Made by a program: the position numbers and the translations under genes. From a virus, in the IMG/VR virus record IMGVR_UViG_3300045988_132111: a stretch of 63,965 nucleotides of DNA; one strand, written 5' to 3'. The notes under the pieces are model-generated. The model did not search any database and was not told the DNA's origin. It was given only the letters and a program-made list of their open reading frames with translations. Position 1 is the first letter of the stretch. Each line of letters begins with the position of its first letter. Positions 1 to 10,900 of this stretch are shown here, in pieces.

Positions 1-73
1 CCTTTTCACCCTTAACGCCCTGAGGACCTTGTGGACCTTGTGGACCGGTTGCTCCTCCTGCTCCATCAACGCC
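1..73 (-). repeat. collagen-like Gly-X-Y run, N-terminal end (continues at 63931..63645)
   Basis: The coding-strand frame reads [24 protein letters not shown]. nt 1-34 are identical to nt 63932-63965. Confidence 0.9.
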
Positions 74-1588
74 CATTCTGGTAGCAACATATCCAACTGA
101 AGTACTCGCATCTGAATATAAAGTGGTCTCTTTTGTCCACAGATACTGTCCTTGCGGAACATTAGGCATCGAAATAGACCATCCTCCTGTAGGGACATCT
201 GTCATATTTGTACCGATTTGATATGTATACGTTTTACCAACTATGGATTTAACATTGTTGACTTTTGTATCTATTTCGCTGATTGCACTTTCGATAGTTT
301 TTTTGCTCTTTCCGAACAAAATGTCTTCAGCACTAATTCTAAGATGAAATTCTCCATTGTCTCCCTTATAGAACTGAATATAATGATTTGTATCGCCTAT
401 ACCAACTTGTCCGTCGGAACCGAGATAGAATCCTTTTGTCGTATTAAGAGCTGATGTTTTTACCCCAGAATATATAGCACCATTTCCTATATGATTTCCA
501 GCAATATCTGCTCCAAAAGCTACCAAATCAGTCACAGCCACCTTGTCTGCTGTAATACTCTTAGCCTGAATCAAAGTACCATTAAGACTGTTGTAGTCCG
601 TCTGTTCAGAAGTAATGGTAGAACCATTCGTGTTAAGTTTGTAATAAAGTCCATCTTCTCCTTTAATAACTAACTTATCAGCTTTAATAGTATTGCCTTC
701 GATTAAATCTCCTCGAATAGTTACGCCAACCAATTCACCAGTGATGGTTTGATCACCGACCACCACATTCTTAATGAGACCCGACTCAGAATAGAATTTC
801 TCCATAGCTGCTATACCAATGTTGGAGAAATCAATGTTCGCATACTTGATATCAGCGTCTTTTGCGTTTAGTTTTTCTGCCCGCAAGGATTTAATATCGG
901 CATCATTAGCACTCAAATGCTTGTTAATGGCAACGTTATCAGCATTCAGATTCTTAATGTTACCTTCAGCAGCGTTCAATCGTCCCTTAACAGACACGTT
1001 ATCTGTTTCCAAATTGCCAACCTTAGCATCTGTAGCTTGTAACTTTTCAACAGTCGCATACTTCAGCTCTGCGTCCTTAGCGGTTAACTTCTCGGCATCC
1101 AGCTTCTTAATGCTTGCCTCATTGGCATCCAGTCGACCGGTAATCTTTGCGTTATTTGTTTTCAACTCTCCAATATCAGCTTCACTTGCGGACACGCGTC
1201 CTTTGATCACAGCATTATCGGCAACTAATTCTTCGATTCGAGCTCGTTCTGCTTCTAAATCTTTGATGGTGGCTTTATCAGCAACCACCCGCTGTACTTC
1301 TAAAACCTGTTCCCTTACAACTTCGACATCCCCAGTTCGTGCTGATGGTGAAGAAAGGTTACCGTTGATGGTGGCGGTATGATTCTTCACAAGAACGGTA
1401 ACACGCTCTCCCTCATTAGCACTTACTGTAGTATCGCAAGGGGTAAGCAAGTCTGAGCCATCCATTTTGACGTATCTCTGTCCTCCATAAATGGCTACTG
1501 TTCCATAAACCGTACTTTCAGTTTTTTCTTTATTTTTACCGTTTACTGTCTTCGCAAACTGGGATATGACATCATTAGATAAACTCAA
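1..1588 (-). CDS. tail fibre protein, N-terminal part (codons 1-529 plus the first base of codon 530); the frame leaves the window at nt 1 and resumes at nt 63931
   Basis: Own translation of the minus strand. A GGGGGTGA RBS lies 7 nt before TTG (1588-1586). The protein reads LSLSNDVISQFAKTVNGK..., then a coiled-coil-like A/D/K-rich segment, and ends ...[21 protein letters not shown] at nt 1 with no stop. It is absent from the ORF track because it has no stop inside the window. Confidence 0.8.
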   Translation of the reverse strand, partial: MSLSNDVISQFAKTVNGKNKEKTESTVYGTVAIYGGQRYVKMDGSDLLTPCDTTVSANEGERVTVLVKNHTATINGNLSSPSARTGDVEVVREQVLEVQRVVADKATIKDLEAERARIEELVADNAVIKGRVSASEADIGELKTNNAKITGRLDANEASIKKLDAEKLTAKDAELKYATVEKLQATDAKVGNLETDNVSVKGRLNAAEGNIKNLNADNVAINKHLSANDADIKSLRAEKLNAKDADIKYANIDFSNIGIAAMEKFYSESGLIKNVVVGDQTITGELVGVTIRGDLIEGNTIKADKLVIKGEDGLYYKLNTNGSTITSEQTDYNSLNGTLIQAKSITADKVAVTDLVAFGADIAGNHIGNGAIYSGVKTSALNTTKGFYLGSDGQVGIGDTNHYIQFYKGDNGEFHLRISAEDILFGKSKKTIESAISEIDTKVNNVKSIVGKTYTYQIGTNMTDVPTGGWSISMPNVPQGQYLWTKETTLYSDASTSVGYVATRMGVDGAGGATGPQGPQGPQGVKGEK

Positions 1589-1594
1589 TGATTA

Positions 1595-2653
1595 TCACCC
1601 CCACAATTTCGATGTGTATACAGCCGTTTCTGTGACCTTGCAGCCAGTCTCACAAGTGATTGACTGTTTGATTACTTTAGCTTTTACATTGTTTATCCCG
1701 GCAGCTTTATAATTTAACAGCACACAGTCCCCAAGCCGGATCGGGTAATAACCATGTGAAAAAGTGATTTTGTATTCTACAGTGGAAAGTTTTTGAAGTA
1801 GTTTGTTCGCGTACTCTTTGATTTGATAGTTAGTTGGCTCTCCGGAGAATTCCGGGTTAGAATCACGATATATAATCTCTCTGCCACGACTTACGGTTGA
1901 TGTCGGACTATTCGGATCGTCGTTTATGACTCTTACATAAAAATTCGAATTATTCTTTGAATATACAACCTCCACTACATTTGGAATACCGTACAGGTCA
2001 TACTCCTCACTGATGTCTGAGTAGAGAATAGAACTGTTACCATCGCTGAACTCAGCTACATGACGTAATGTGGCCGTATCCTGAACTGGTAAGAACAAAA
2101 CACGGCCTAATTCATCAAGTCCTAATTCAAATTTTGCATTTGCTATTAAATCTGACACAAAAGAGATCCATTTATCGTCAGTATTTGCCACGAAATCGTT
2201 ATACAACTTTTCGTTGCTTTTTGCCTGAACAACCGGAGCTCTTACATGTTCTCTTATGATCTTGTATGCTTCCTCCATGATATTAGAGCCTTTCGGAAGA
2301 AAATAACCAACAGGCGGAGGATTCTCTTTCAATTCAAGTAGTGGAGTATACGATTCCATGCTAACTGTATGAACCATACCGTCGAAGCTTGAAGATGGGG
2401 TCTGAATCAAAAATGTCCCAAGTGGGTATTTTTCTCTAACTCCATTTTGAATTGTGATGAGGTAAGCTCGGATGTAACATTCGCCGAGTCTCTCATTGAT
2501 GTTAAAAGATGCAGACCCTTTTGTTTCGGCATCCGAATCTCTTTCTATGATTGAAGATTTTACAGTGTCGATTTGATCGGCGTCTTTCCATGTACCCGGG
2601 TCAACAATATAGTATTCAAAGGACTGCTGCATGGATTTCGTCCAATCCGGCAT
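1595..2653 (-). CDS. tail-tip/baseplate-position protein (Tal position)
   Basis: 352-aa ORF with GGAGG RBS, located between the distal tail protein and the fibre. The N-terminus (FEYYIVDPGTW..PLGTFLIQTP) resembles siphovirus Gp37-like tail proteins, from memory only. Confidence 0.55.
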   Translation of the reverse strand: MPDWTKSMQQSFEYYIVDPGTWKDADQIDTVKSSIIERDSDAETKGSASFNINERLGECYIRAYLITIQNGVREKYPLGTFLIQTPSSSFDGMVHTVSMESYTPLLELKENPPPVGYFLPKGSNIMEEAYKIIREHVRAPVVQAKSNEKLYNDFVANTDDKWISFVSDLIANAKFELGLDELGRVLFLPVQDTATLRHVAEFSDGNSSILYSDISEEYDLYGIPNVVEVVYSKNNSNFYVRVINDDPNSPTSTVSRGREIIYRDSNPEFSGEPTNYQIKEYANKLLQKLSTVEYKITFSHGYYPIRLGDCVLLNYKAAGINNVKAKVIKQSITCETGCKVTETAVYTSKLWG

Positions 2654-2654
2654 G

Positions 2655-4997
2655 TTACATTCCTCCTTCTACTCTTGTAATATCAAACGTGACTGGTATA
2701 GTTAGTGCACAATGAGTTCGGCTGAACGATACTTTGACATTAGCCCAATATCCGCTTCCGGACGGCTCTCTCACGTAGACGTCACCAGTCCAAATCATGA
2801 GTCTTCTCAAAGCATATAATGTTTCGTTATCATCAGCTGGAATCTCAACTCTCCATGTCGATGATTCCCCAAGTTGCGTTCCATAATAACTCACTTGACG
2901 CTTTCTTCCTGCATACTTAACTAAAGTTACATCCGGATCTGCTTTATCTGATACATCAATGTTGTAAGGAATTCTTATTAACGATCCGGACCACGGAGGC
3001 GTGTCAACAACATCAGCTTCGTTCGCATCCGACACATCAAACGCTGACCATGCTTCACTCCATTGTATAATAACGCCGGATTCGTTGATTGGATACCCAG
3101 GTACATCGTAGTACGAAACAGCCCCAGTTGCAGTCTCTGTGGCTATAATCCTGTATCTTGCGTAGTCCAATGCAGGATGCGGGTCTATAACGTAGTGAGA
3201 CGCACTATTAGGAAGACCGCTTGCTATCTCAATAAATTCGCCATTGTATTCTCTTCTGTATACGGACAGTAATATGCCGTTTATGAGATTTCCGTCCATA
3301 TCTTCACAATAGGGTCTTATCTGACAAGTATATCTCTCAGAATCATATCCAATCTCCGCATTAGGTTCAGATATTGTCTCTTCCCAATCAACAGTAAAAG
3401 TTTTCGATGCGCTGCAGCTAAGTCCGGAATTCATGGATACTGTGACTGTTGCCGTATAAGTCATGCCATTTTCAAAATCAACATTACCAGCCGAGAATTC
3501 AACTATTAATATCGAACTGGAATTGAAATATTTGGAGTATATAGACTCACCGGCAGATATCCGAATCACGTTCCCGACCTGATCGACAGTCTCATAACCA
3601 TCGTCAGCTGTAATTTCTACATGATAACTAATAGGCTTTTGAGAAGCCGGTCCAGGAGAAGCTTTAAGATAGAACGGAAACGAGGATAATGAAGATATTA
3701 CTGCTCCATTTTGATTGGTTACAATTAAAGCAACCGTTGGGCGTGCGTATACATTCACTTCACGTAATACAGACCATTCACTGTACGCACCGGTGATGCC
3801 GGAAGTCCTTACTCGCCACTTAATAGTTGTACCTTCCGTATATTGCCCTGTATTTACCGAATAAGAACGAGCTTTATCCTGATCGTCTTCTGACGTGTTG
3901 TTATAAAATGTTTTTGTTTCGGTAGAACCATTCACCGTCAATTCAAGTTCTGCCATTTTCTCGTAAGAACCATCCTGAGAATTATGAACCCAATAAAGAT
4001 TCAATGATTCCCCAACCATAGCAGTCGTAGTGGACGACCACGTGGTAGGTGCGGATGGTTCCTTGCCGAGAACAACTGAAGCGTGCATACTCCATCCGGA
4101 ATTACCAGCACTATTAGTAGCTCTTACTCGGAAATAATATTCCTTACCAGACTCCAAACCAGTGAAAGTAGCATACGTCGCAGTGGACTCGATTGTCTTG
4201 CTGCTTACTTGATCTGGATTTGAATCGAAATATGCATCGTTGGTAGTAAACTCGATTTCGTATCCAGTGCAGTTGACAACTTCTACCCAAGTCAGTTCGA
4301 CAGACGTGGAAGACACTGCTCTGGAAATTATGAAGTGATCCGGAGTGGACGGTGCTGTAACTACTTCACTTGAATAGTCAGAATAATCTCCAAGCTGATC
4401 TTTCTTGTTATATCCTGCGCAACATGCTTTGTATGTATGTCCAGGTTCAACAATATATGAAATACTTGCTCCACGATCTTTTATCTCGACGCTTCCGATT
4501 TCATTCATGTAATCCCAGTCGTCTCTTTTTATCGCGAACTTGACTCCGACGGCAGACCAATCGTTGTCTAGGTTCGACAAGCTTATATCCAGCTGATTTT
4601 TAGTATACTCATTCAGCTTAGCATCTGGAGTAGGCGCTTTATCAGGAACTTTTTCATCAGCCTTTTGAAAAACATATGACTTACTATATGCCTGTTTTCC
4701 TGTCCAATACGCCTGTTCTTTGTCATTTACTTTATGGGTTTCGGAAATTGGTGTGACACAAATCTGTACTTTCGTTGCATTTTCCGGAGCTGTCCATACA
4801 CTTTGTTTCTGTGTTTCAGTCGTATCAGAAGCCCAAAACCATTTCCCCTGACCTGTTCCATATTTCCATATAACCCTATAGCCAGAAGTATGACTCTTAT
4901 TCCATGTCCAGGTGGCGAACATAGTGCGTTCTGTACCATTCTGAATCTGGATTTTACTTAAAGTCACCATTGAAGTATTCTTTTTGGCATCAGCCAC
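2655..4997 (-). CDS. large distal-tail protein with fibronectin-III-like repeats (Dit position)
   Basis: GTG start at 4997 after GGGAGG, immediately downstream of the tape measure. FN3-like segments are present (VELTWVEV..GYEIEF..KEYYFRVRATNSAGNSGWS; TIKWRVRTSGITGAYSEWS). Confidence 0.55.
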   Translation of the reverse strand: MADAKKNTSMVTLSKIQIQNGTERTMFATWTWNKSHTSGYRVIWKYGTGQGKWFWASDTTETQKQSVWTAPENATKVQICVTPISETHKVNDKEQAYWTGKQAYSKSYVFQKADEKVPDKAPTPDAKLNEYTKNQLDISLSNLDNDWSAVGVKFAIKRDDWDYMNEIGSVEIKDRGASISYIVEPGHTYKACCAGYNKKDQLGDYSDYSSEVVTAPSTPDHFIISRAVSSTSVELTWVEVVNCTGYEIEFTTNDAYFDSNPDQVSSKTIESTATYATFTGLESGKEYYFRVRATNSAGNSGWSMHASVVLGKEPSAPTTWSSTTTAMVGESLNLYWVHNSQDGSYEKMAELELTVNGSTETKTFYNNTSEDDQDKARSYSVNTGQYTEGTTIKWRVRTSGITGAYSEWSVLREVNVYARPTVALIVTNQNGAVISSLSSFPFYLKASPGPASQKPISYHVEITADDGYETVDQVGNVIRISAGESIYSKYFNSSSILIVEFSAGNVDFENGMTYTATVTVSMNSGLSCSASKTFTVDWEETISEPNAEIGYDSERYTCQIRPYCEDMDGNLINGILLSVYRREYNGEFIEIASGLPNSASHYVIDPHPALDYARYRIIATETATGAVSYYDVPGYPINESGVIIQWSEAWSAFDVSDANEADVVDTPPWSGSLIRIPYNIDVSDKADPDVTLVKYAGRKRQVSYYGTQLGESSTWRVEIPADDNETLYALRRLMIWTGDVYVREPSGSGYWANVKVSFSRTHCALTIPVTFDITRVEGGM

Positions 4998-4999
4998 TA

Positions 5000-7900
5000 T
5001 TATCGCCTCCCTTCTACTACCACAGCTCGTGTTAATGTCTGAATTGCGTTGCTTACACTACTTGATTCGTCATAAGTAACGCCGTCAATACTATTGTATG
5101 TGTTACCCATATTTGAAAGTTTCTTTCCGAGTCTGTTGATTGCAGCCACAACGTCAGAATTTCCATTTTGACCTCTGTTGGACATCATTACATCAACAGC
5201 TCTAAGATTAGCGTTCGTTCCAATAGATAAATCAGAGAACATGCTGTCCATACTATTGGATGCCGCTTTCACATTCGTTAAATCCACAACTGGGCTAATC
5301 ACTGGCTCGGCATCCATACTCATCTCAAAGAGATCTGAAGCTTTGGAGATCACAGATGATAAAGAACTGGTAACATTCTCGCCAAGAGATTCGCCAGCTT
5401 CATATACTTTGCTCCCCATAGAATCAACGCCGATGATGAGACCTTCGCCTACCCAGACACCTGACTGTTCTGCCAGTTTAGATGGTGAATGGGATTGCTG
5501 TCCAGCACGTTCACCCAGGATTGCTGCTTGCCCCAAACGGTAACCAGCATTGTATACTGCCTGATACTGCGAATTAAGACCATTGATGAGTCCGATTCCG
5601 ACATAAGAGCCAGATTCATGGAAACTCCCATAGAATCCTCGTATAGAATTCGCCGCATTGCTTACGGCTGAGTTTGCTGCTGATTCGGCATAGCTACTAT
5701 TTTCTCTGATGCCAGCTGCAAGCTTCAGTATAAGAGCTGTACCAGCTGCTAAAAACACAGAAGCTTTGTGCATAATTTCAGAGTTCATCTTGTCAATCAC
5801 ACCAGATGCCGCTGAAGTGGCTTCACTACTCTTACTGCTTATACCCTTGGAAAGAGACTCGACAATACTATTTCCAGCACTCGTTATGTCTCCAGAAGCA
5901 GAGCTGAACGCTTTAGCAACGTTGCTTGTATCTGTCTGACCAAGAGTCGAAACGGCTTTCTTGAAGCTGCTCACTCCGCTTGTATCGAGCCCAGAGAGAC
6001 CTTTAATGAAAGTTGCAAGCCTTGAGGCTACTGTCAATGATCCTGCAATCTGTGTGAAATCCATAGATACCACTTTTCCTGCATAATCAGATAATGACTG
6101 ACCAAGTTCTTCAACTTTGAAGTTCTTAATTCCATCGGATGAGAAGTTGCTGAGACTGGATATGAAGGACTTTAGACGATATACGGCATTGACAGATGAG
6201 GTTACCGCAGAAGTATCCACTTCATTCAAGCTCGTATAATAATTGGCTATTGCCGTTCCAACTTGTCCTACTAGATCAGGAAAATTGTTCAGCTGAGCCA
6301 TCTGCGCATCGGTAACGCTTTCTGTAAAATCACGTAACTTTTCGGCAAAAGATATGGCAGTCTCCGTTTTACCAAGATCACCTTTCTCAGCAGCATCGTT
6401 AAGCGCCCCTATTGCGGATGCAAATGAATTTATTCTTTCTGCGAACTCATCAAGATCGACTTTGGCACTAAGCCACCCCTCTTCTGGTATTGACTCTTGA
6501 AATGCGAGAAGTAACTCGCCAACATTCTTAGCTTTCGTCACAGCTTCTTCATCAATAGCATTTTCGCCACTTACTGCATCCGACGCTTTCTTGACATTCT
6601 CTGCATACGTTTTAACTTTCTCGCCGAATCCATCTAAAGTATTATTGGTAAGTATATCAAACAAATCGGTAGCGTCACCTACAGATTTCTGAAGATCCGA
6701 GAAAACCGTACCAATATCCGCGATGGTGCCAAGATTTGTTATTCCAACATCAGATAACTCTGCAACCGCCGTAGCAGCCGTATTAAGATTCGTAGCATAA
6801 GCTGAAATTTGTTCTCCAAAATCACCTAAACCATTTTCACTTAGCCAGGTAACAATACCGTCTGTTGGATCAAGTGTTGATTGCAGCTCAGAAAATGCCG
6901 TTCCTATATTGGCTATTTTCCCTAAATTGGTAAGACCATCGGTTGAAATCTGCGCCACAAAAGAAGCGGCTTGGTCGAGATTGATTGCGTACGAGCCGAT
7001 GTCCCATCCAAAATCACCAAGACTTTTCTCTGAAATCAAAGTCACCAAGCCGTCCGTCGGTTCGATCGTATTTTGTACCTTAGCAAAAGCCGTTCCGATA
7101 TCGGCTATTGTTCCAAGGTTTGTGAGTCCTGTATCAGAAATCTCAGCCACTGCTGATGATGCCTGTTTGAGATTACGTGCATAGCCTTTTATTTGGAAGC
7201 CGAAATTTCCAAGGTTATAATCAGCTATCTTCTTAATTATTCCACCAGTCGGTTTGATCGTAGACTGCAGCTCACCAAATAACTGCCCAATGTCAGCAAT
7301 AGCTTTGAGATTATCAAGACCTGGATCGGATATACCAGCAACAGCCTCTGCCGCAGTATTCATCTGATCTGCAAAATCACCTATCTGAGCACCAAAATCA
7401 CCAAGTCCATAACCCAAAAAGCTAGCGATAGCATTCTTTAAGCTTGCACTTCCGAGTGCCGACAAAGCGTTTATCAGCGAGTTAACTTTCTCAGCAGCAT
7501 TATTGTCAATTCCAGTGAACGTGTTGATGAACTCTTTCAGATTATCTGCCACTTCAGGAAGACCATCAGTAGCACCATTGAGAAATCCGTCAATGATGCT
7601 TCCAAAGAACGTTCCTAAAGCTTCGCCAAGCTTACTTAAAGTTGTAACTAACTTATCCAATGCAGATTCATCTACGAAATGGCTAACTAATGCACCAACG
7701 CCTAAAATGACAGCTGATACAATACCAAGCACACCCATAAGTTTCAATGCCCCAGAAGCAGCTGCTCCAGCCATCGGCCCAACTTTGCTAAGTATCACAC
7801 AAGATGTAGAAAGTGCCAATAATAGAGCGGACAAAGAAACAACGGCATCAAGAGGAACATTCATCATTCCATTTTGACTTAACAGCGTAATTACTGCGCC

Positions 7901-10900
7901 TAGTGCCGTAACAACAAACGCCATACCAGCTGCCGCTACTACTGCTCTTGCCGACATGTTCCCGGCTTTACTCATAACTAGCATGGATGCTGATAGGGAC
8001 AGCATCAACGCTGACAAAGCCGCAACCGTTGGTAATGTTGTTTCAACTGGAAGTTGTGCCAACATGTACACTATTCCAGCAAGTGCTCCAACAACCACTG
8101 TCATAACAACCATACTCTTGATTGAGCTTCCAGCTGCTCCTAATGCTTTGGACATCAGTGCGAACGTCGCCATAAGGGCTGATAAACAAGCAGTCGCGCC
8201 TATAAGCTTTGATGAGTCGAGTAACGATAACGCCGCCACAGATGCTGCCATAACGGCGATGGTAGCTGTCATTACAACCAGATTCTTCTTACAATCGCTT
8301 GCTCCTCTGGTAGCCCAAACCATAGCTGTCATCATACCAGACAATAAACCAACTACTGTAAGACCTTTCGCTAGACTCTTAACATCCATCAAACTCATAA
8401 GAACACAAATACCAGCTAATATACCTATTGCAGCGGTCATAGCTAATAGTGTTCCACCAATCTTTGTCGCTTCCGGTCCAGTCGCTTTAACAGTATTCAC
8501 AAGAGCTACAAGTAACGCACCAAAAGCAACGACGGCCACAGATCCTTTTATCAGTTCACCAGCCGATAGCATACTTACAAGTTTGCAGACACCAACTATC
8601 ATAGTTAAAGCCAGTGCCATGGATGTTATAACACCAGCCATTTTCAGATATTTAGCATCATCTTTTGATTTGATTGCTCTTTTCAGTGCTGCCGTAAATA
8701 TAATAAAGCCAAGCGCAAATACTGCGCCCTTGATCATCTCCTCAGCGGAAAGCATGCCGGCAAGTTTGCAGACGCCCACCATCAACGCCATTGCAATTGC
8801 CATCTTGGCCATCATGCCGCCAAGTTTGTTAACACCTTTTCCACTCAGTCTTGTAACTGCTGATAACAGACCGGTAAAAACGATGAATACTCCCATGAAC
8901 GCGATGCCCTTAACTAGGTCTTCTGCGGAAAGAAGTCCAATAAACTTAATTGCTGCAACCATTAATATCAACGCAACAGACATTTTCTTTATCATTATAC
9001 CTGCTTTATCAATATTTTTAGCCGATTCACCTTTTACACATTTACCAAATGTTTTCAATACTATGGAAATGGCAACAATGACACCAGCCAATCCGATAAA
9101 GCCTTGCATCATTTCGTCCGGTTTCATTCCACCCATGATTTTAACAACTGCAGCTAACATCAGAAGAGCGACACCTATTCCTGCAAGTCCAGTTTTCAAA
9201 CCGTCGAGTTTCAAAGCACGTCCTTCGCTATCCAACGTTACAGTTGCCTTGCTAAGCTTATTTACAACTAAGGCCAAAACAACAAGAATTCCAGAAAGAA
9301 CTGCAACAGCTGCCACCGATCTAGCGAGTGCGCCTTGGTCAAGTTGAGCTAACGCATAAATAGATGCAGCCAATATGCCAATAGCAATCGCCATACTTTT
9401 GATACCTTCGGCTCGTGTTTTGAACGCTTTAGCTTTTAAATTCTTAGAGAATGATTCTGTAATTGTCTTTATACTTTCATTTACAGTTCCAAGAATTTTT
9501 CCAAACTTTTCAAATGGTGTAGCGAATTTATCCATTACGTTAATTAACTTATTGATTGTTACAATTCCGGCGATAACAGATGCTCCTATCGACCCGATTG
9601 TGAAAATCCTACCCCAATCTAACTTTCGTGCTTCTGAAAGTAGATTGGAACCAACGTCATTCAATGCGCTTGCCGCGTCAGTTATTCCATCCTTCAGTCC
9701 ATTCACCAAGCCCGCGATTGCATTTTTTGCTATATCGTACATCTCTGTTGAAGGAGAATGAATGCCAAGTACGCCTTTAATTGCAGACAGCATACTCTGA
9801 CCAATCTCAATGAGGATGTCCGGTACAGAAGAAATACCAGCCTCTAACCCATTCTTTAAACCTTCGACGACATTGCTTCCAATCTCAGACCAGTCAATAT
9901 TCTTAAAGTTTTCAATAAACTCCTGGACTTGAGGTATATTTTCGATAGCATCGACCAAATCTGCGAACGCTTCAACAGCCATTTTGACCCCTGAGCCAAG
10001 CGCTTCGAACCCTTTATTTACCAAGTCATTGCTAAATAAAAAGTCTCTGAATGCCACAGCTGCATCGCCAATTCCTGCCGTAACGTCAAGTAAATCCAAA
10101 TCAAAAGCATTAAGAACTGCGTTCAAGCCACGAAAAGCAAGCTTAGCCGTTCCTCCAGCAACAGTAGAAATTATGTCCAATATTGCGAAAACGCCCTTGA
10201 ATGTTCTTTCAAGCTTGCCTAGAGTTTCGTCAGTTGGAATCAAAGACGCCGTAAAACTATGAAATGCTCCTATAGCATTAAACAATTTATCCCCAAGATC
10301 ATCAACTGACAGTGCTCCATGGAGATCAGTCCAAGCTTTACCAATACTGCCCACAACAGCCGAAATAGATTTTCCAATATTTACAAAAGACTGCAAAAGT
10401 AACCAACGCCCATTGATCTGATCCATGTTGTCAATGAAATCATTTAATGGAATACCAAGTTTTTCAGCAGTAGTTTTAAGCTCTTTAAAAGCGTTTATTT
10501 GATCTTCAGTATAACCTTTGGCGCGCATTTCTTCTTCAGACAAATTAGCAATCTCTTTAATGAGTTTTTTCTTTTCGTCTGTGAGCTCTGTAGTCGCCCC
10601 AGTTTCAGCTGTAGTCGTGCCAAGAGCTTCGTCCTGCGCTTTGATTTGATCCTCAGTATATCTAAATGTGCATCCAAGAGCTTCATTTACTTTGTTTTGA
10701 ACGGCGTAATAGTTTTTACCAGCTTCGGTTAAAGCATTGAATCTTTCGTCTCCGTTACCGAATTTACCTGCTAATACATCATCTACAACAGAACCAAGAT
10801 CTTCGACAGCAGCGATAGCTTTATTGACAGGCTCAGTAACACCAGTAATCTTATTGGCAAGCTCTGTGAATCCTTTACCCAATGCGCTTTTGAGAACGTC

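Noticed and set aside
1-34. The 34-nt terminal identity as a biological direct terminal repeat.
   Set aside because: It lies inside a coding tandem repeat and restores a continuous reading frame when merged. This is most simply an assembly circularisation overlap. True virion ends must be mapped separately.
819-1382. Plus-strand 187-aa low-complexity ORF.
   Set aside because: It is the antisense shadow of the tail-fibre coiled-coil region. It has no RBS, an S/A/L-rich composition, and lies opposite a convincing minus-strand frame.
7956-9347. Plus-strand 463-aa ORF, together with the other plus ORFs between 5178 and 12074.
   Set aside because: They are antisense to the tape measure gene. The A/T/I/P-rich low-complexity translation mirrors the hydrophobic repeats.
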